Shown here piece after piece: positions 40,020 to 52,419 of a stretch of DNA of 64,000 nt (position 1 is its first letter; every line of letters begins with the position of its first letter). The position numbers and the translations under genes were made by a program. The stretch lies in assembly GCF_001194135.2 (NCBI RefSeq), contig NC_068998.1, positions 47,072,494 through 47,136,493 on the forward strand, written 5' to 3'. This stretch comes from Octopus bimaculoides. Lineage: Eukaryota. The notes beneath the pieces were generated by a model that was given only the letters and a program-made list of their open reading frames with translations, did not search any database and was not told the DNA's origin.

Positions 40020-40458
40020 ATATTGGTACACCAACATGGAACACTCAGCAGTAACAGTGTTGTCTCACCAACATGTAGCAGTTTGTAGTAGCAGTAGNNN
40101 NNNNNNNNNNTAGTAGTAGTAGTAGTAGTAGTACTTTTATAAGAAGCCATCAGTAGGGACACTAGTACACTGAAATGTAGTAGTCAGTGATATTGGTACA
40201 CCAACATGGAACACTCAGCAGTAACAGTGTTGTCTCACCAACATGTAGCAGTTTGTAGTAGCAGTAGTGTTGGTACACCAACACGGAGTTGCTATAATGG
40301 TGTTGACATACCAACATGAAGCAGTCAGCAATAATGGCACTGTTTCACCGACGTGTAACAATCAGTAGCAGTAGTACTAATGATATACAAACATGTAGCA
40401 ATCAGTGTTGGTGTTGGCACACCAACATGTAGAAGTCAATAGTGCACCAATATGTAAC

Positions 40459-40503
<45 letters not shown>

Positions 40504-40600
40504 TGTACTAATAGTAGTAGTAGTGATGGTGGGGGTGGAGGTGTTGCATAAGCATGTAGCAAGTTGGTATTCATGGCAGTGCACCAACATGTAGCGCTCT

Positions 40601-40633
<33 letters not shown>

Positions 40634-40710
40634 ACAGCAGTGGCAGTAGTGAGATTAAACATGTAGGAGTTAGTGGTGACAGTGTTGATGCACCAACATG
40701 TAGCAGTCAT
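40020..40710 (+). repeat. Degenerate satellite with recurring CACCAACATGTAGCAG motif interleaved with (TAG)n
   Basis: About ten variant copies of caccaacatg, partly inflated by the duplication across gap 40098-40110. Confidence 0.6.
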
Positions 40711-41005
40711 GACATATTTGAATAAGTTAAAGAAATAACAGCAGTCAGTAAGGGGAAAAAAAACAAAAAAAAAACAGAACAATTTGGAGTGGAGGAAAGA
40801 AGAAAAAATAAAGATAAAGTGGTTGGTGGGGGGAAGGGTAAGAGAAGAGAGAGAGAGAGAGAGGGGGGAAGGTAAACAGGTAGAGTATAGATTAAATCAT
40901 AACAGTAATCATAATCATAATCATCATCATCATCATCAACAGGAGGAAGAGTAGGAGGTAAAAGAGGATGAGAGGGAGTGTGACAGGGCACCGAGAAGCA
41001 GTCAC

Positions 41006-41140
41006 CTGATCTGTTGGGTGAAGCCAGAGAGTTCAGCCTCACAATCGTGGTTTCGATGTGTGCAGCAAACATCGCAGTTGTTTACCTCTTGTTGTTGTTG
41101 TGGGGACGGTGGCGGCGGTGCAGATGTATTATCATCTGGC
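41006..41140 (-). CDS. Candidate alternative cassette exon: PDDNTSAPPPPSPQQQQEVNNCDVCCTHRNHDCEAELSGFTQQI
   Basis: gccgttctttatag acceptor, AG|gtgact donor; 135 nt, phase 2-2, open in the myosin frame. Confidence 0.45.
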
Positions 41141-41274
41141 CTATAAAGAACGGCATGCAAGACATAGCAGCTGGGTTAATAGACAGATTCATTTGCTCAG
41201 CAGTGGCTTTTAGTAACGTGGCAGCAACAACAACAACAACAACAGCAGCTGCAATAACAACAACAACAATAATA

Positions 41275-41463
41275 TTGTATTTTCCTGCATACAAGTCGAT
41301 GTAGCACTTGGCATAAACATGTAGCGTAATTGTTAAAATGTCGTCGCTGTCTTTCTAAACCCTGGTGCATTTCACATGGAATTTTTGGTTTCTCGGAAGT
41401 TGTCTTGGTGTACATGTGTAGGTTGCGCTGGAAAATTCAACTTGTAGTATCCGGAATATACAA
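41275..41463. mobile_element. MITE, same family as 11137-11303
   Basis: TA-flanked degenerate TIRs; shared core cctg(c/g)tgcatttcacatggaatttt...tcttggtg. Confidence 0.65.
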
Positions 41464-41675
41464 TAATATTGATAATGATTGATATTATATATTAGACAAA
41501 AAAAAAATGATTGAAATATTTTACTCTTCTGTACACAAATAATAGAAAAAAAAAAAAAGGAATTAGATGTTCAGTGAATCAGATGCAGAGATATAAATAA
41601 GTGATAATGCAGAACCATAAACACACACATATATACATGCACATGGAGACACACACACTAACACATATGCACTCA

Positions 41676-41927
41676 TCATCATCATCATCGTCGTTTAACG
41701 TCCGCTTTCCATGCTAGCATGGGTTGGACGATTTGACTGAGGACTGGTGAAACCAGATGGCTACACCAGGGCTCCAATCTGATTTGGCAGAGTTTCTACA
41801 GCTGGATGCCCTTCCTAACGCCAACCACTCCGAGAGTGTAGTGGGAGCTTTTACGTGCCACCGGCACGAGGGCCAGTCAGGCGGTACTGGCAACGGCCAT
41901 GCTCAAAATGGTGTATTTTACGTGCCA
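41676..41927 (-). mobile_element. Retroposon 3' end with (ATG)n tail, family D
   Basis: catcatcatcgtttaacgtccgctttccatgctagcatggg...; matches 61861-62320; older copies near 1500, 17440, 26055, 48530 and 54710. Confidence 0.8.
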
Positions 41928-42206
41928 TATATATATATAATTAGACAGAGGCACAAAAATCCTTAGAAAAGTGATGATTCTAGCTTATGAACCCTTTTGT
42001 TTTTGGCAGTCAAGGGAATTGTAAGGGCATCAAACAGAATACTTGGTGGTGATTGTAGGTGACCCTTTACATTTTAATTTCCAATTCTGCCAAAGTCAAG
42101 TTTAAAATAAGGACCAGTCATGCTCAAGGGTCACAATAATCAACTATATTCCCCTTCCACCAAAGGGTCAATAACAAGGGTTATTTACCCAATCACAATC
42201 GTACCT

Positions 42207-42370
42207 TGTCCACCTTGTAATTAAGCTAGGGTTAACAGAAAAGCTTACAACCACAACAGAGCCCCATCCACCCTGTAATTAGCCAGGGTAAATAGGTAAG
42301 GCTTACAACCATGATAGTGCCCCATCCACCTAGTAATTAGCTAGGGTAGATAGGTAAGGCCTACATACAA
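42207..42370 (+). repeat. Minisatellite, ~56-bp unit x3
   Basis: Repeated cacc(t/c)tgtaattagctagggt...aggtaaggcttacaacca...gccccatc. Confidence 0.75.
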
Positions 42371-42884
42371 TAGTACCCCCACCTCTAGACACTATAATTA
42401 CCTCAAGTGTGCAGGTAGGCCTATGATCATCACAAAATGTAACATGAGGTTTCACCCTACAAGAGAGTGATAATGGCTGACTGGAATGGAAACCCCAGAT
42501 GGGTCTGCTAGGCAAGTGACCCCTGACATTTGCCGTACATATTCTAATCTATCTTACTGAGTTAGAATCAGATTAAATATGAATTTAGAATTATCATTTA
42601 AATAAATTACTATTTCCTTGCCCTTCGTGTAATCCAGGTTGATCTAACGTCAGGCTATTTGGGGACTTAATAACTATGACAACCGGTGATTGATATCTTG
42701 TGGAATAAAGACAGCATGCTTTTCAAATGAAACTGTAGGGTTGGCCTAAAGTGTGCAAGCCTACGATCTTAAAAGGTAATAGGGATTAAGATGAATTAAG
42801 AGATCCCTATTTTGAAGAAAGCAGGGACTTTATTGGTTGTAGTGGGTGGAGGGATTTCAGATTTACTAATGAATTAAGTAGCAG

Positions 42885-43730
42885 TCAAGTACTGGGGTCG
42901 ATGTGATCGACCATCCCCCTCCCCTCAAATTCCAAATTCCAGGCCTTGTCCCAATATTAGAAAGGATTATTATTACCATTATTCTGCCGAGGTCGACATT
43001 GCCTTTCATCCTTTCAGGGTCGATAAATTAAGTACCAGTGAAACATGGGGGGGAGGTCAATGTAATTGACTGGTCCCCTCCCGTTAAATTTTAGGCCTAA
43101 AGTTGAAAGGATTATTATTATTAAAAGGTGGTGAGCTGGCAGAATTGTTAGTATGCCAGACAAAAATTATGAGTTCAAACTCTACCGAGGTCGACTTCGT
43201 CTTTCACCCTTACAGGGCTCAATAAAATAAGTAGCAGTTGAACTCTGGGGTCAATGTAATTGGCTACCTGCCCTCCTACCCACAAAATTTCAGGCCTTGT
43301 GCCTTTTGTGAAAAAGAATTATTACTATCATCATCATCATCGTCATTTTGCTATGTCTCCCTCAACCCCCGTAGGTTTAGACAATTTAAACCTCTACCTG
43401 TCATACACAGACACGCACTAACTTCTCTGGAAGACTCCTGTATGAGTGTCAATGTGTATGTGTGTGTTGGGGGGGGGCGATAAATTGAGTACCAGTGAAA
43501 CACCAGGGGTTGATGTAATCGAGGAGTCTCCTCCTCTGATGTTTCAGGTTTTGTGCCTTTAGCAGAAAGCATAATTGTTATTAAAAGGTGTCGAGCTGGC
43601 AGAACCGTTAGCATGCCAGGCAAAATGCTTGGCAGTATTTTGTCTGCCTTGACGTTCAGAGTTCAAATTCCGCCGAGGTCAAATTTGCCTTTCATCCTTT
43701 CGGGGGTCAATGAAATAAGTACCAGTTAAT
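42885..43730 (+). mobile_element. Cluster of family C SINE copies and fragments
   Basis: Repeated gaggtcgac...cctttcatcc...aagtaccag units separated by (ATT)n. Confidence 0.75.
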
Positions 43731-43743
43731 GTGAAAGCATACA

Positions 43744-43789
<46 letters not shown>

Positions 43790-43992
43790 AGTGCATGTCT
43801 GTCTCTGTTTGCGTGCACAAGAGGCTGGTGAGGAAACAGCTTGAAAATGAAGGACACAACCACCAGCTGGATGGTCACTGAAACATTCGGACAGCATGAG
43901 GATGACCACATAGAAGAACAGGTACGCATGAACACACATACACAACACCCTTCACCCCCCACATTAAAAATGGAATATGCTGTTTGTCTAAC

Positions 43993-44179
43993 CTGTTTAA
44001 CTTCTGGTGGAACTCAAAGGCTGTCTTCAATTCCTCCTCTTCACTCAGTTCTTCGCCGCCATGTTGTTTGTTGTGAACGTCGTCTTTCTTCTCAATATTG
44101 TCACCAAGCCAGATGCTCTTGATGAATAATATCTCGGACCGGCGCCGGTCAAGTTCTTCCACCATTGTGTCGTATTGGT
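43993..44179 (-). CDS. Myo5: Myosin V medial-tail exon: QYDTMVEELDRRRSEILFIKS...EEEELKTAFEFHQKLN(R)
   Basis: ctccag acceptor, AG|gttaga donor; 187 nt, phase 1-2; homologous to EELDVRKEEVLILRS...YxGLKxxNR. Confidence 0.93.
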
Positions 44180-44761
44180 CTGGAGAGAAGAATAAAATTA
44201 AAGATAATAGTAGGGTTAGTGAGGTGGGTGTATAGGGTTAAGGAAGGGGTAGAGCTATATAAGTCATTCAGTAAATGGGTGGGAGGGATGNNNNNNNNNN
44301 NNNNNNNNNNNNNNNNNNNNNNNNNNNNNNNNNNNNNNNNNNNNNNNNNNNNNNNNNNNNNNNNNNNNNNNNNNNNNNNNNNNNNNNNNNNNNNNNNNNN
44401 NNNNNNNNNNNNNNNNNNNNNNNNNNNNNNNNNNNNNNNNNNNNNNNNNNNNNNNNNNNNNNNNNNNNNNNNNNNNNNNNNNNNNNNNNNNNNNNNNNNN
44501 NNNNNNNNNNNNNNNNNNNNNNNNNNNNNNNNNNNNNNNNNNNNNNNNNNNNNNNNNNNNNNNNNNNNNNNNNNNNNNNNNNNNNNNNNNNNNNNNNNNN
44601 NNNNNNNNNNNNNNNNNNNNNNNNNNNNNNNNNNNNNNNNNNNNNNNNNNNNNNNNNNNNNNNNNNNNNNNNNNNNNNNNNNNNNNNNNNNNNNNNNNNN
44701 NNNNNNNNNNNNNNNNNNNNNNNNNNNNNNNNNNNNNNNNNNNNNNNNNNNNNNNNNNNNN

Positions 44762-44960
44762 ACATAGAGGGGACAAACAAGGACAGACAAATGGATTAAG
44801 TCGATTATATCGACCCCAGTGCGTAACTGGTACTTATTTAATCGACCCCGAAAGGATGAAAGGCAAAGTCGACCTTGGCGGAATTTGAACTCAGAACGTA
44901 ACGGCAGACGAAATACCGCTAAGCATTTCGCCCGGCGTGCTAACATTTCTGCCAGCTCCC
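44762..44960 (-). mobile_element. SINE family C (GGCGAGCTGGCAGAAACGTTAGCACGCC...), representative young copy
   Basis: Most abundant repeat in the window. Other copies near 150, 850, 4003, 4248, 5345, 5625, 31370, 39288, 39650, 47184, 48340, 48820, 59800 and 60545. Confidence 0.88.
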
Positions 44961-45226
44961 CCCCGCCTTATCATTCTGCCAGCATGATGATGATGATGAT
45001 GAAGATGATGATTATTTCTAATTTTAGCAGAAGATTGCAATTTTATGGAGAGAGTGCAGGCAGACAGACATATATTAAAATGGTTCAGAGGAAGAAAGGG
45101 AAGGGAAGCAGAGTGTGAAGTGAAAAAAGGTGGGAAAGAGGAGAGAGAGAGATAGAAGAGGGAGAAGAAAGGGGAGGAGGAGGGAGGAGAGACAGAGAAG
45201 ATCCAAAAACTAGAGGTGATACTGAC

Positions 45227-45347
45227 TTTTAAAGGCTTTGCCAGCCTCTGTGGTTCCTTCTTCATATTTGGGGGTTTTGGACAACGCATTCATCAAGTTG
45301 CCGATTTCTCGTTTCATCCTGTCGTTGTCGTTCTCGATTTCTTGCAT
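45227..45347 (-). CDS. Myo5: Myosin V medial-tail exon: MQEIENDNDRMKREIGNLMNALSKTPKYEEGTTEAGKAFK
   Basis: tttcag acceptor, A|gtcagt donor; 121 nt, phase 0-1; homologous to [22 protein letters not shown]. Confidence 0.9.
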
Positions 45348-46221
45348 CTGAAAGGGACAACATTGGAAAGTCTGGGAGACTGGAAGACTGCTGCAGGGGT
45401 GTTGTGTGATGTGTGTGTGTGTGTGTATATATGGGAGCAGCAGGGAGCTCGTGGATAGACGATAGCGTGTGTAAAATTGTGCATTGAGAGGAAGAAGCAG
45501 GTGTGAATAAGAATAACATTAATAAAGACTCGTTTTGTATTGGCCACAAGGGCAACAGTACAAAAGCATTCAAGTACATAGACAAATATAAACCTTCTGA
45601 ACTCTGTGTGTGTGTGTGTAAAGACCCCCCACCCCCACATAAATTGCAATTTATAATAATAATACACNNNNNNNNNNNNNNNNNNNNNNNNNNNNNNNNN
45701 NNNNNNNNNNNNNNNNNNNNNNNNNNNNNNNNNNNNNNNNNNNNNNNNNNNNNNNNNNNNNNNNNNNNNNNNNNNNNNNNNNNNNNNNNNNNNNNNNNNN
45801 NNNNNNNNNNNNNNNNNNNNNNNNNNNNNNNNNNNNNNNNNNNNNNNNNNNNNNNNNNNNNNNNNNNNNNNNNNNNNNNNNNNNNNNNNNNNNNNNNNNN
45901 NNNNNNNNNNNNNNNNNNNNNNNNNNNNNNNNNNNNNNNNNNNNNNNNNNNNNNNNNNNNNNNNNNNNNNNNNNNNNNNNNNNNNNNNNNNNNNNNNNNN
46001 NNNNNNNNNNNNNNNNNNNNNNNNNNNNNNNNNNNNNNNNNNNNNNNNNNNNNNNNNNNNNNNNNNNNNNNNNNNNNNNNNNNNNNNNNNNNNNNNNNNN
46101 NNNNNNNNNNNNNNNNNNNNNNNNNNNNNNNNNNNNNNNNNNNNNNNNNNNNNNNNNNNNNNNNTAATGAAGTAAACTTGCAAGGTACCACACGAGTGAT
46201 AATATATAGGAAACCCTCTTT

Positions 46222-46266
<45 letters not shown>

Positions 46267-46447
46267 TGTGTAAGTGTAAGGTATGAGATAAAATATATAC
46301 AACAGTTGTACATACATATCCCTGTATAAATGTATGCACAATGATGTATATGTTTTAATACGTACATATATGCATGTGCATACAACGTACGCCAAGCCAT
46401 CCACCCTCCCCACACATAACAGAATGAATGTCTCCACTTCCCCTTAC

Positions 46448-46594
46448 CTTGAGTGAGTTGTACACAGTATTTCCTTTATCTTTGTTCTCCTCATCGAGTC
46501 GTTCTCGCTCCGTCACCAGGCGTTTGTTCTCCTTTTCCAACTCTTTAATGTGGTTTTGTAACTTCAACAGCAAACTGAGGTCTTCCTTCTCAGG
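46448..46594 (-). CDS. Myo5: Myosin V medial-tail exon: PEKEDLSLLLKLQNHIKELEKENKRL...GNTVYNSLK
   Basis: tcttag acceptor, AAG|gtaagg donor; 147 nt, phase 0-0; homologous to DMSLFLKLQKRVTELEQEK. Confidence 0.95.
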
Positions 46595-46734
46595 CTAAGA
46601 ATACAGAACAGGAGAGACATTTTTACTGCAATGAAATGTTATAACACACACACACACACACATCAAATAAAAGCAGATTAAAAACAAAATCTGAGCTGGA
46701 TCATAAGTTAGCACTCCAGTGAATATTGGCTAAA

Positions 46735-46913
46735 CAGAGATCTCCAAAGTGGGTGATATTGACCCCTGGGTGATATTGACCCGTGGGTGTCGATGGGACT
46801 ATTCAAGGGGTCGATAAATGTGTATCTACTTAATTACTATTATTAATTTATTTTCTTGTACATGCCTGGGGGCCGATGAGGGGTCAATGGTCTAAAGAAT
46901 TTGGGGACCCCTG
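46735..46913. mobile_element. hAT-like MITE
   Basis: CAGAGATCTCCAAA / TTTGGGGACCCCTG termini (CAGGGGTCCCCAAA-type TIR); GGCTAA on both flanks. Confidence 0.6.
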
Positions 46914-47366
46914 GGCTAACAGAATGTGTATCAGTACATGATTTAACTTAAGGAAATAGACTATCCACACAAACTGAAATTCTAGGGCTAATGAATTAGT
47001 TGTAGAATATAATATATTGACCCTTTAGTGTTTAAACTAGCCATATCTGGCCAAAATATTCTACCTGCTTTATGCTCAAACAAGTCAGATCTGGTCCCTC
47101 ACACCTACCTTACAATGTCATTTTAAAAATAAACTATTCCATCATTAAAATCTTCAAGCTATGGGATAAGGCAGGATTAATTCAAGGCAGCGAGCTGGCA
47201 GAAACGTTAGCACGCCGTGCGAAATGCTTAGCAGTATTTCGTCTGCCGCTACGTTCTGAGTTCAAATTCGGCCGAGGTCGACTTTGCCTTTCATCCTTTC
47301 GGGGTCGATAAAGTAAGTACCAGTTACGCAGGTTGAGTAGCCCATCCTGCTCAAAAGGTCCCTGAA

Positions 47367-47401
<35 letters not shown>

Positions 47402-47510
47402 GCAAGATACTAATCCCCACTTATTACCATAAAGCTGTCAGGTGAGTGGCATAAGAAACCTTACAAATTGTATGGGATTTGTTAAATGGAATGAGTGAAT
47501 TTATACATAC

Positions 47511-47603
47511 GTCATCCAGGGTTGGTTGTCTTTGGACTGGTCGGGTTTTTCGTTCAGCTGGAACAGGTCTGTCCGAACGTCTACTGGTCCCATAACCTTG
47601 GTC
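47511..47603 (-). CDS. Myo5: Myosin V medial-tail exon: DQGYGTSRRSDRPVPAERKTRPVQRQPTLDD
   Basis: Strong acceptor ttgtctccacttcacag, GAC|gtatgt donor; 93 nt, phase 0-0, open; D-x-GYG motif recalls invertebrate myosin V; the ORF track shows a different frame. Confidence 0.82.
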
Positions 47604-50105
47604 CTGTGAAGTGGAGACAATAATTCATTTACAAATAATGATAACAGTGGTAACAATAATGATGATTTCTCATGTAAGGTCATATATTTAGAGGTAGATG
47701 TGGTACGACTGTTGTTTATATCAATCCTTACGACTCTCTTCCAACAATCGGATGATTCTTGGCTTTCAGGAATAAAATTGAAATGATTAACAGTTATGTT
47801 AAGTAACGGACAAAAAATAGAACTCGATTATTTTTTGTTAATCAGTGTTCATTTCGTTATCTTCCTTCTCATCATTATGGTCATTATTATCTTATTAACA
47901 TCATTATTGCTAATCAAGTTTAAATTAGCATATCCTGAAACAGTAGGAAGTTACATAATGAATATACTGTGTGTGTGTTAGTATGTGTGTGCGTGTGTGT
48001 GTGTAGGCACACAGAAACATACACACACACACACACATAGATATACATATATACATACACAAACAAGCATATGCACACACAGACACACACACGTGTATCT
48101 GAAATCCCAATGTTTACAGAAACATCTAGAAATACACAAGCCAGACAACCTGAGGGCAAGAAACCTAGTGACCATCACTCCTAATTTATTGGTCAATGGT
48201 GATATGAACGAGATTTAATTAAGAAGCAGAAGCTGGTTCAAGAAGGATCAGTCCACACAACTTTTGACCCCCACATCATGTCATCCTCATGTGCCATTTA
48301 GGTAATACAAATTAAAAAAAAAGGGACCAAGAGTAATTTTGGCACACAAGGCCAGGAATTTTAAGGATGGAAGTAAATCAATTACATTGACCCCCGTGTT
48401 TAATTGGCACTCATTTTATTGACCCTGAAAAGATGAAAGGCAAGGTTGACACCAGCAGAATTCGAACCCATGATGTAAAGAGCCAAACGAAATGTTGCTA
48501 AGCATTTTGTCTTAGGCTGCTCTGTAAAGTGATTGGCATTAGGAAGGGCATCTAGCCACGAAAAGAATTTGTTGGTGTTGGGGTCACATCGAAACAGCAC
48601 TCAGTTCATTCTGTAAGGTGGTTGGTGTTAGTGAGGGCATCCAGCCATAAAAGCTATGCCAAAGTAGACAGTGAAGCCTGGTGCAGTCCACTGGCTTTCC
48701 AGGTCTTGTCAAACCACCCAACCCATGCCAGCACGGAAAACAGGCGTTAAATGACGAAGATGACGTTAACAATTGTACCAGCTCACTGCCTTATTAATAT
48801 TAACAATAATAATCCTTTCTATTATAGTCACAAGGCCTGAAACTTTGCGTCGTGGGGTTAATTGATTGCATTAACCTGAGTGCTCAATTGGTACTTATTT
48901 TATCAACCAACCCCAGAAAGGATGAAAGGCAAAGTCAACCACGGTGGGATTTGAACCCAGAATGCAAAGCGCCAGAGGAAACGCTGCTAAGCCTTTTGCT
49001 GACTTATTAACAATTCTGCCAGCTCATTTCCTGAAGACAGGGAATAATGAAACCAAAGACAGAATTGTCTTTGGAAGGTCAGAAACTACTCTAGTATAAG
49101 TATCTAACGACAGGCATGTGTGTGTGTGTGCGTGGTGGGTGGGTGGGTGGATGAATGCGGTGGGAGAGTAATCAACATGGAGTGGATGGACAACCAACCA
49201 ACTGCAGAATGGTATAGGGTTAGTCTGAAGGTGGTTTAACAACGTTCCGTCCTGACTCTTGGCTAAGCCATAATAGATAAGGCAGTGAGAGTGACCTCCC
49301 TTTGGAAATGGCATTGATTGCATAAATTTCTTAACGATGAAGGTATACCACACACTCACCCTGACAAAGAAACCATTATATGATACCGTGACTAGCTAGA
49401 AGTAGCAGCCAAATCTTCCTCCAATCTCATCTGATTGTTTTAAAGGATACTTTGCCTAATGTAGGTTCTGTTCAGGATGGTCATGGCTGGACTGTATTTG
49501 ATCATAGCTCTGCAGGATCAGAGATAACTTATAGGGTAACACCACCACACACATCACTGAACCCTAGAGTGTTGTACCACACACACTAAGTACTTTCTTG
49601 AATCGTAGGACACCTGGGGCCAGCTCCCTAGTTTCCATTGGTGCATAAGTGACAAAGATCCCAACATTGCCCTGAATGGCACACAAGGCCACCTATTTAC
49701 AGCTGAGTGGACTCAAGCAACATGAAATGAAGTCTTTTACTCAACAACACAACACACCACCTAGTCTGGGAATTGAAACCGTGACCTTGCAACTGTGGGT
49801 GCAACAACCCTAACCACAAGACCACACACAAGGTCACTTGTCAAAGTTAGCTCTACAGATTTTCAATAGGAACCACAGGCAGCACTGATTTCGTAACACC
49901 CATTACTCATTTTTCATATTTTAATCACAATATTGTTGCTTATATCAGGCGTCTTGGATACAAAGACGTAACGAAATCGGTGTTAGTTATAATTTCTATA
50001 GAAAGTCTGTAGAAATACCCTTAACAAGTGATTTAATAGCACTGCTAACACAGTAGAACAGGGTATTGACTTATAAAAACGTTTAATATCCTTTGTTGTA
50101 TAGAA

Positions 50106-50443
50106 TAAAGACCCCCTTTTTGTCACGAATGACCATGGGATTGCACCTAAAAAGTTCCTCTCCAAGGCACAAGTCCAGGCAAGGTTGTTTTTTATGGAAG
50201 ACCAGCAGTCGCCCATGCATAGCAGCCTCTCCTCCCCATGCCACTGATGTCGCCCAAGGAAAAAGCAAAGGCTGATACAGCTTGGCACCAATGACATCAC
50301 AGCTCATCTCTACAGACGAGTGAACAGGAGCAATGTGAAAAAAGTGTCTTGCTCAAGAACACAACACAACTCGGTCCAGGAATTGAACTCACAACCACAT
50401 GATTGTAAGCCTGATGCTCTAACCACTGAGCCATGCGCCTTCA
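50106..50443 (-). mobile_element. tRNA-derived SINE, family B
   Basis: Reverse-complement match to 12603-12940; partial related copies near 35135, 37345 and 55640. Confidence 0.8.
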
Positions 50444-50524
50444 TACTTTGTACTCTGTTATGGTTGCATAACGAAATACTGTGTCCCTACCGGTCATTAA
50501 CACACGCTAAGATATATTAATTAC

Positions 50525-50823
50525 CTCCTTGTCGTCTTGTTCTGCAACCACCTCGGCTACAATATTGGCAGCCAGTTGTTCTTCATCTTCCTCAACTTCA
50601 GCAGGTGGCACCTCCTCCTCAGCTGACTCAAAGCTGATTGTGCTGTGGTCCGAAGGTGTACGATGGTGGCTCTGCTTCAGTACTGTCATTTCGTGCCGCA
50701 GGTTGTCGTAGAGTTGTTTTAGTTGTTCGTAATCATTCATCATTTTCTCGTGGTGGGCTTTCTCAATGGCCATGTCTCGCTGTCTGTCAACAGCTGTCAG
50801 TGATTCAATTTTCTGCATATACT
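50525..50823 (-). CDS. Myo5: Myosin V coiled-coil/PEST-like exon: YMQKIE...YEQLKQLYDNLRHEM...HHRTPSDHSTISFES...QDDKE
   Basis: cttcag acceptor, GAG|gtaatt donor; 299 nt, phase 1-0; HHRTPSDHS resembles myosin V HKRTDSTHS. Confidence 0.93.
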
Positions 50824-51398
50824 CTGAAGAAAGAAAATAAGAGAAATGTGAAAGATTGAAAATTATTATTATTATTATTATTATTGATCGGGAGAGTCGT
50901 GAATGCCATCAAAGTGACACTGGGGTACAAATATACGAAGTCCAGTATACCCATCATTACTACCTGTTTGATAAGGGTACAACAGGTACATGCATCACAA
51001 CCATATGTGCACAACATGGTGATCTCAATTCAAGATAAACAGCGCATGACCTTGCAGGTGGGGCCCATCTAGAATTTTCTTCAGGTCCAGTAGCTATCTC
51101 ACTCAAAAGGTTCCCGAATAAAGTTTGTTTAAGGATAATGAATGAAACCCATGTTTCCAGTGAATCATTCAAGCCCCAAAAATATTTTACCATATGATTA
51201 TCATAAATTTTCTACATGATACCTCATGAACATCTCAGGTATGGTGCTGCATTATACCACATGATCATCACATATCACCCATTATAAGATCCTCTCAGAT
51301 ATCATATCACATTGTCATCTCAGATTTCTGACCATGTGATATCAACAAACATAGTTGTTAACATTAACAACAATAATAAAAAATTTTAAGAAAAATAC

Positions 51399-51492
51399 CT
51401 TCAATTTTCCCTTCATCATCTTTTATCTTCGACTGAGCACTAAGGAGTTTCTGGTTGAGGGTTGAGTTTTTCTCATTCAAGACTTTCGATTC
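51399..51492 (-). CDS. Myo5: Myosin V coiled-coil exon: ESKVLNEKNSTLNQKLLSAQSKIKDDEGKIE
   Basis: ttgtag acceptor after a poly-T tract, G|gtattt donor; 94 nt, phase 0-1. Confidence 0.9.
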
Positions 51493-51891
51493 CTACAAAA
51501 AAAAAAACCAAAAAAAAAACAATATAATTTACAAATTCATTATGTGCAGCAGAAGAAATCTTAGTTTAAAATAGCAAGCTGCATATTATACTTAAAGTAG
51601 ATACATTAACTGCAGTATTTGCACCCCAACCCACTGATAGTAGAGTGTTAAAAAAGCACAGAAATATATCAGGAGAGTAAAATTATACAGCAGTGGTGGT
51701 GGTGTTGCTAAATGTGCATTTCTGCCTCTTAGCTTCGTTAGCAGCAGGTAGCCACTGATAAGCACTGCACACCTATAAAATACATGCTGAGGATGAATAC
51801 CACACTTAATTAGGCTTTCCATGATGTATCTGCTTTAAGTAGGATACATACAGATTGCGATTTTAATAATTTATATGATACACACACACAT

Positions 51892-51928
<37 letters not shown>

Positions 51929-52419
51929 AGATTTGAATGAATAGGACCAGAGAGATTTGTTGGGATCTGTGCCAGAATGAGCAAGGTAAGACCAAAAATG
52001 GACTTTGAAAGAGAGGAAGAAAGTGTTTGTGTATATTGGGAGTCAATCAATGAAGCGGGTGACTGAGAGAAAGGTGAAACAGGGGGTTGATGTCTTTAAT
52101 GAAGGACAAGAGACAAGGAACTGGTGATGGTGGAAATGATGATGGTGGTAGTGATGGTGGTGATGGTGGTGTTTGGTGGATTTTACAGGGACGTGCAGAT
52201 AGACACACAGACAGACAGACACTTATAGAAGTGTGAAAGATGGACATTATCCAGGCAAGGAAGTGGTACATGTTGGTCAAGAGTGTGGATTCTACAAAAA
52301 CAGTGGCAACCACTGATTGTTGTCATTCATCCCTACAATGACAGCTCATTGACAGGAAACACAAAACATCAACAACAACAACAACAACAACAACACTCCA
52401 TTCAACAGAATTCACCAAC

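Noticed and set aside
39940-40267. ~157-bp tandem duplication across gap 40098-40110
   Set aside because: Identical copies around a 13-N gap; likely an artefact
40020-40710. CRISPR-like repeat-spacer array
   Set aside because: Eukaryotic intron; repeats are short, degenerate and irregularly spaced; no cas genes
41197-41415. ORF KPKIPCEMHQGLER... with an apparent homologue near 11200 (KIPCEMQQDLER)
   Set aside because: Similarity reflects the shared MITE; the second copy has in-frame stops
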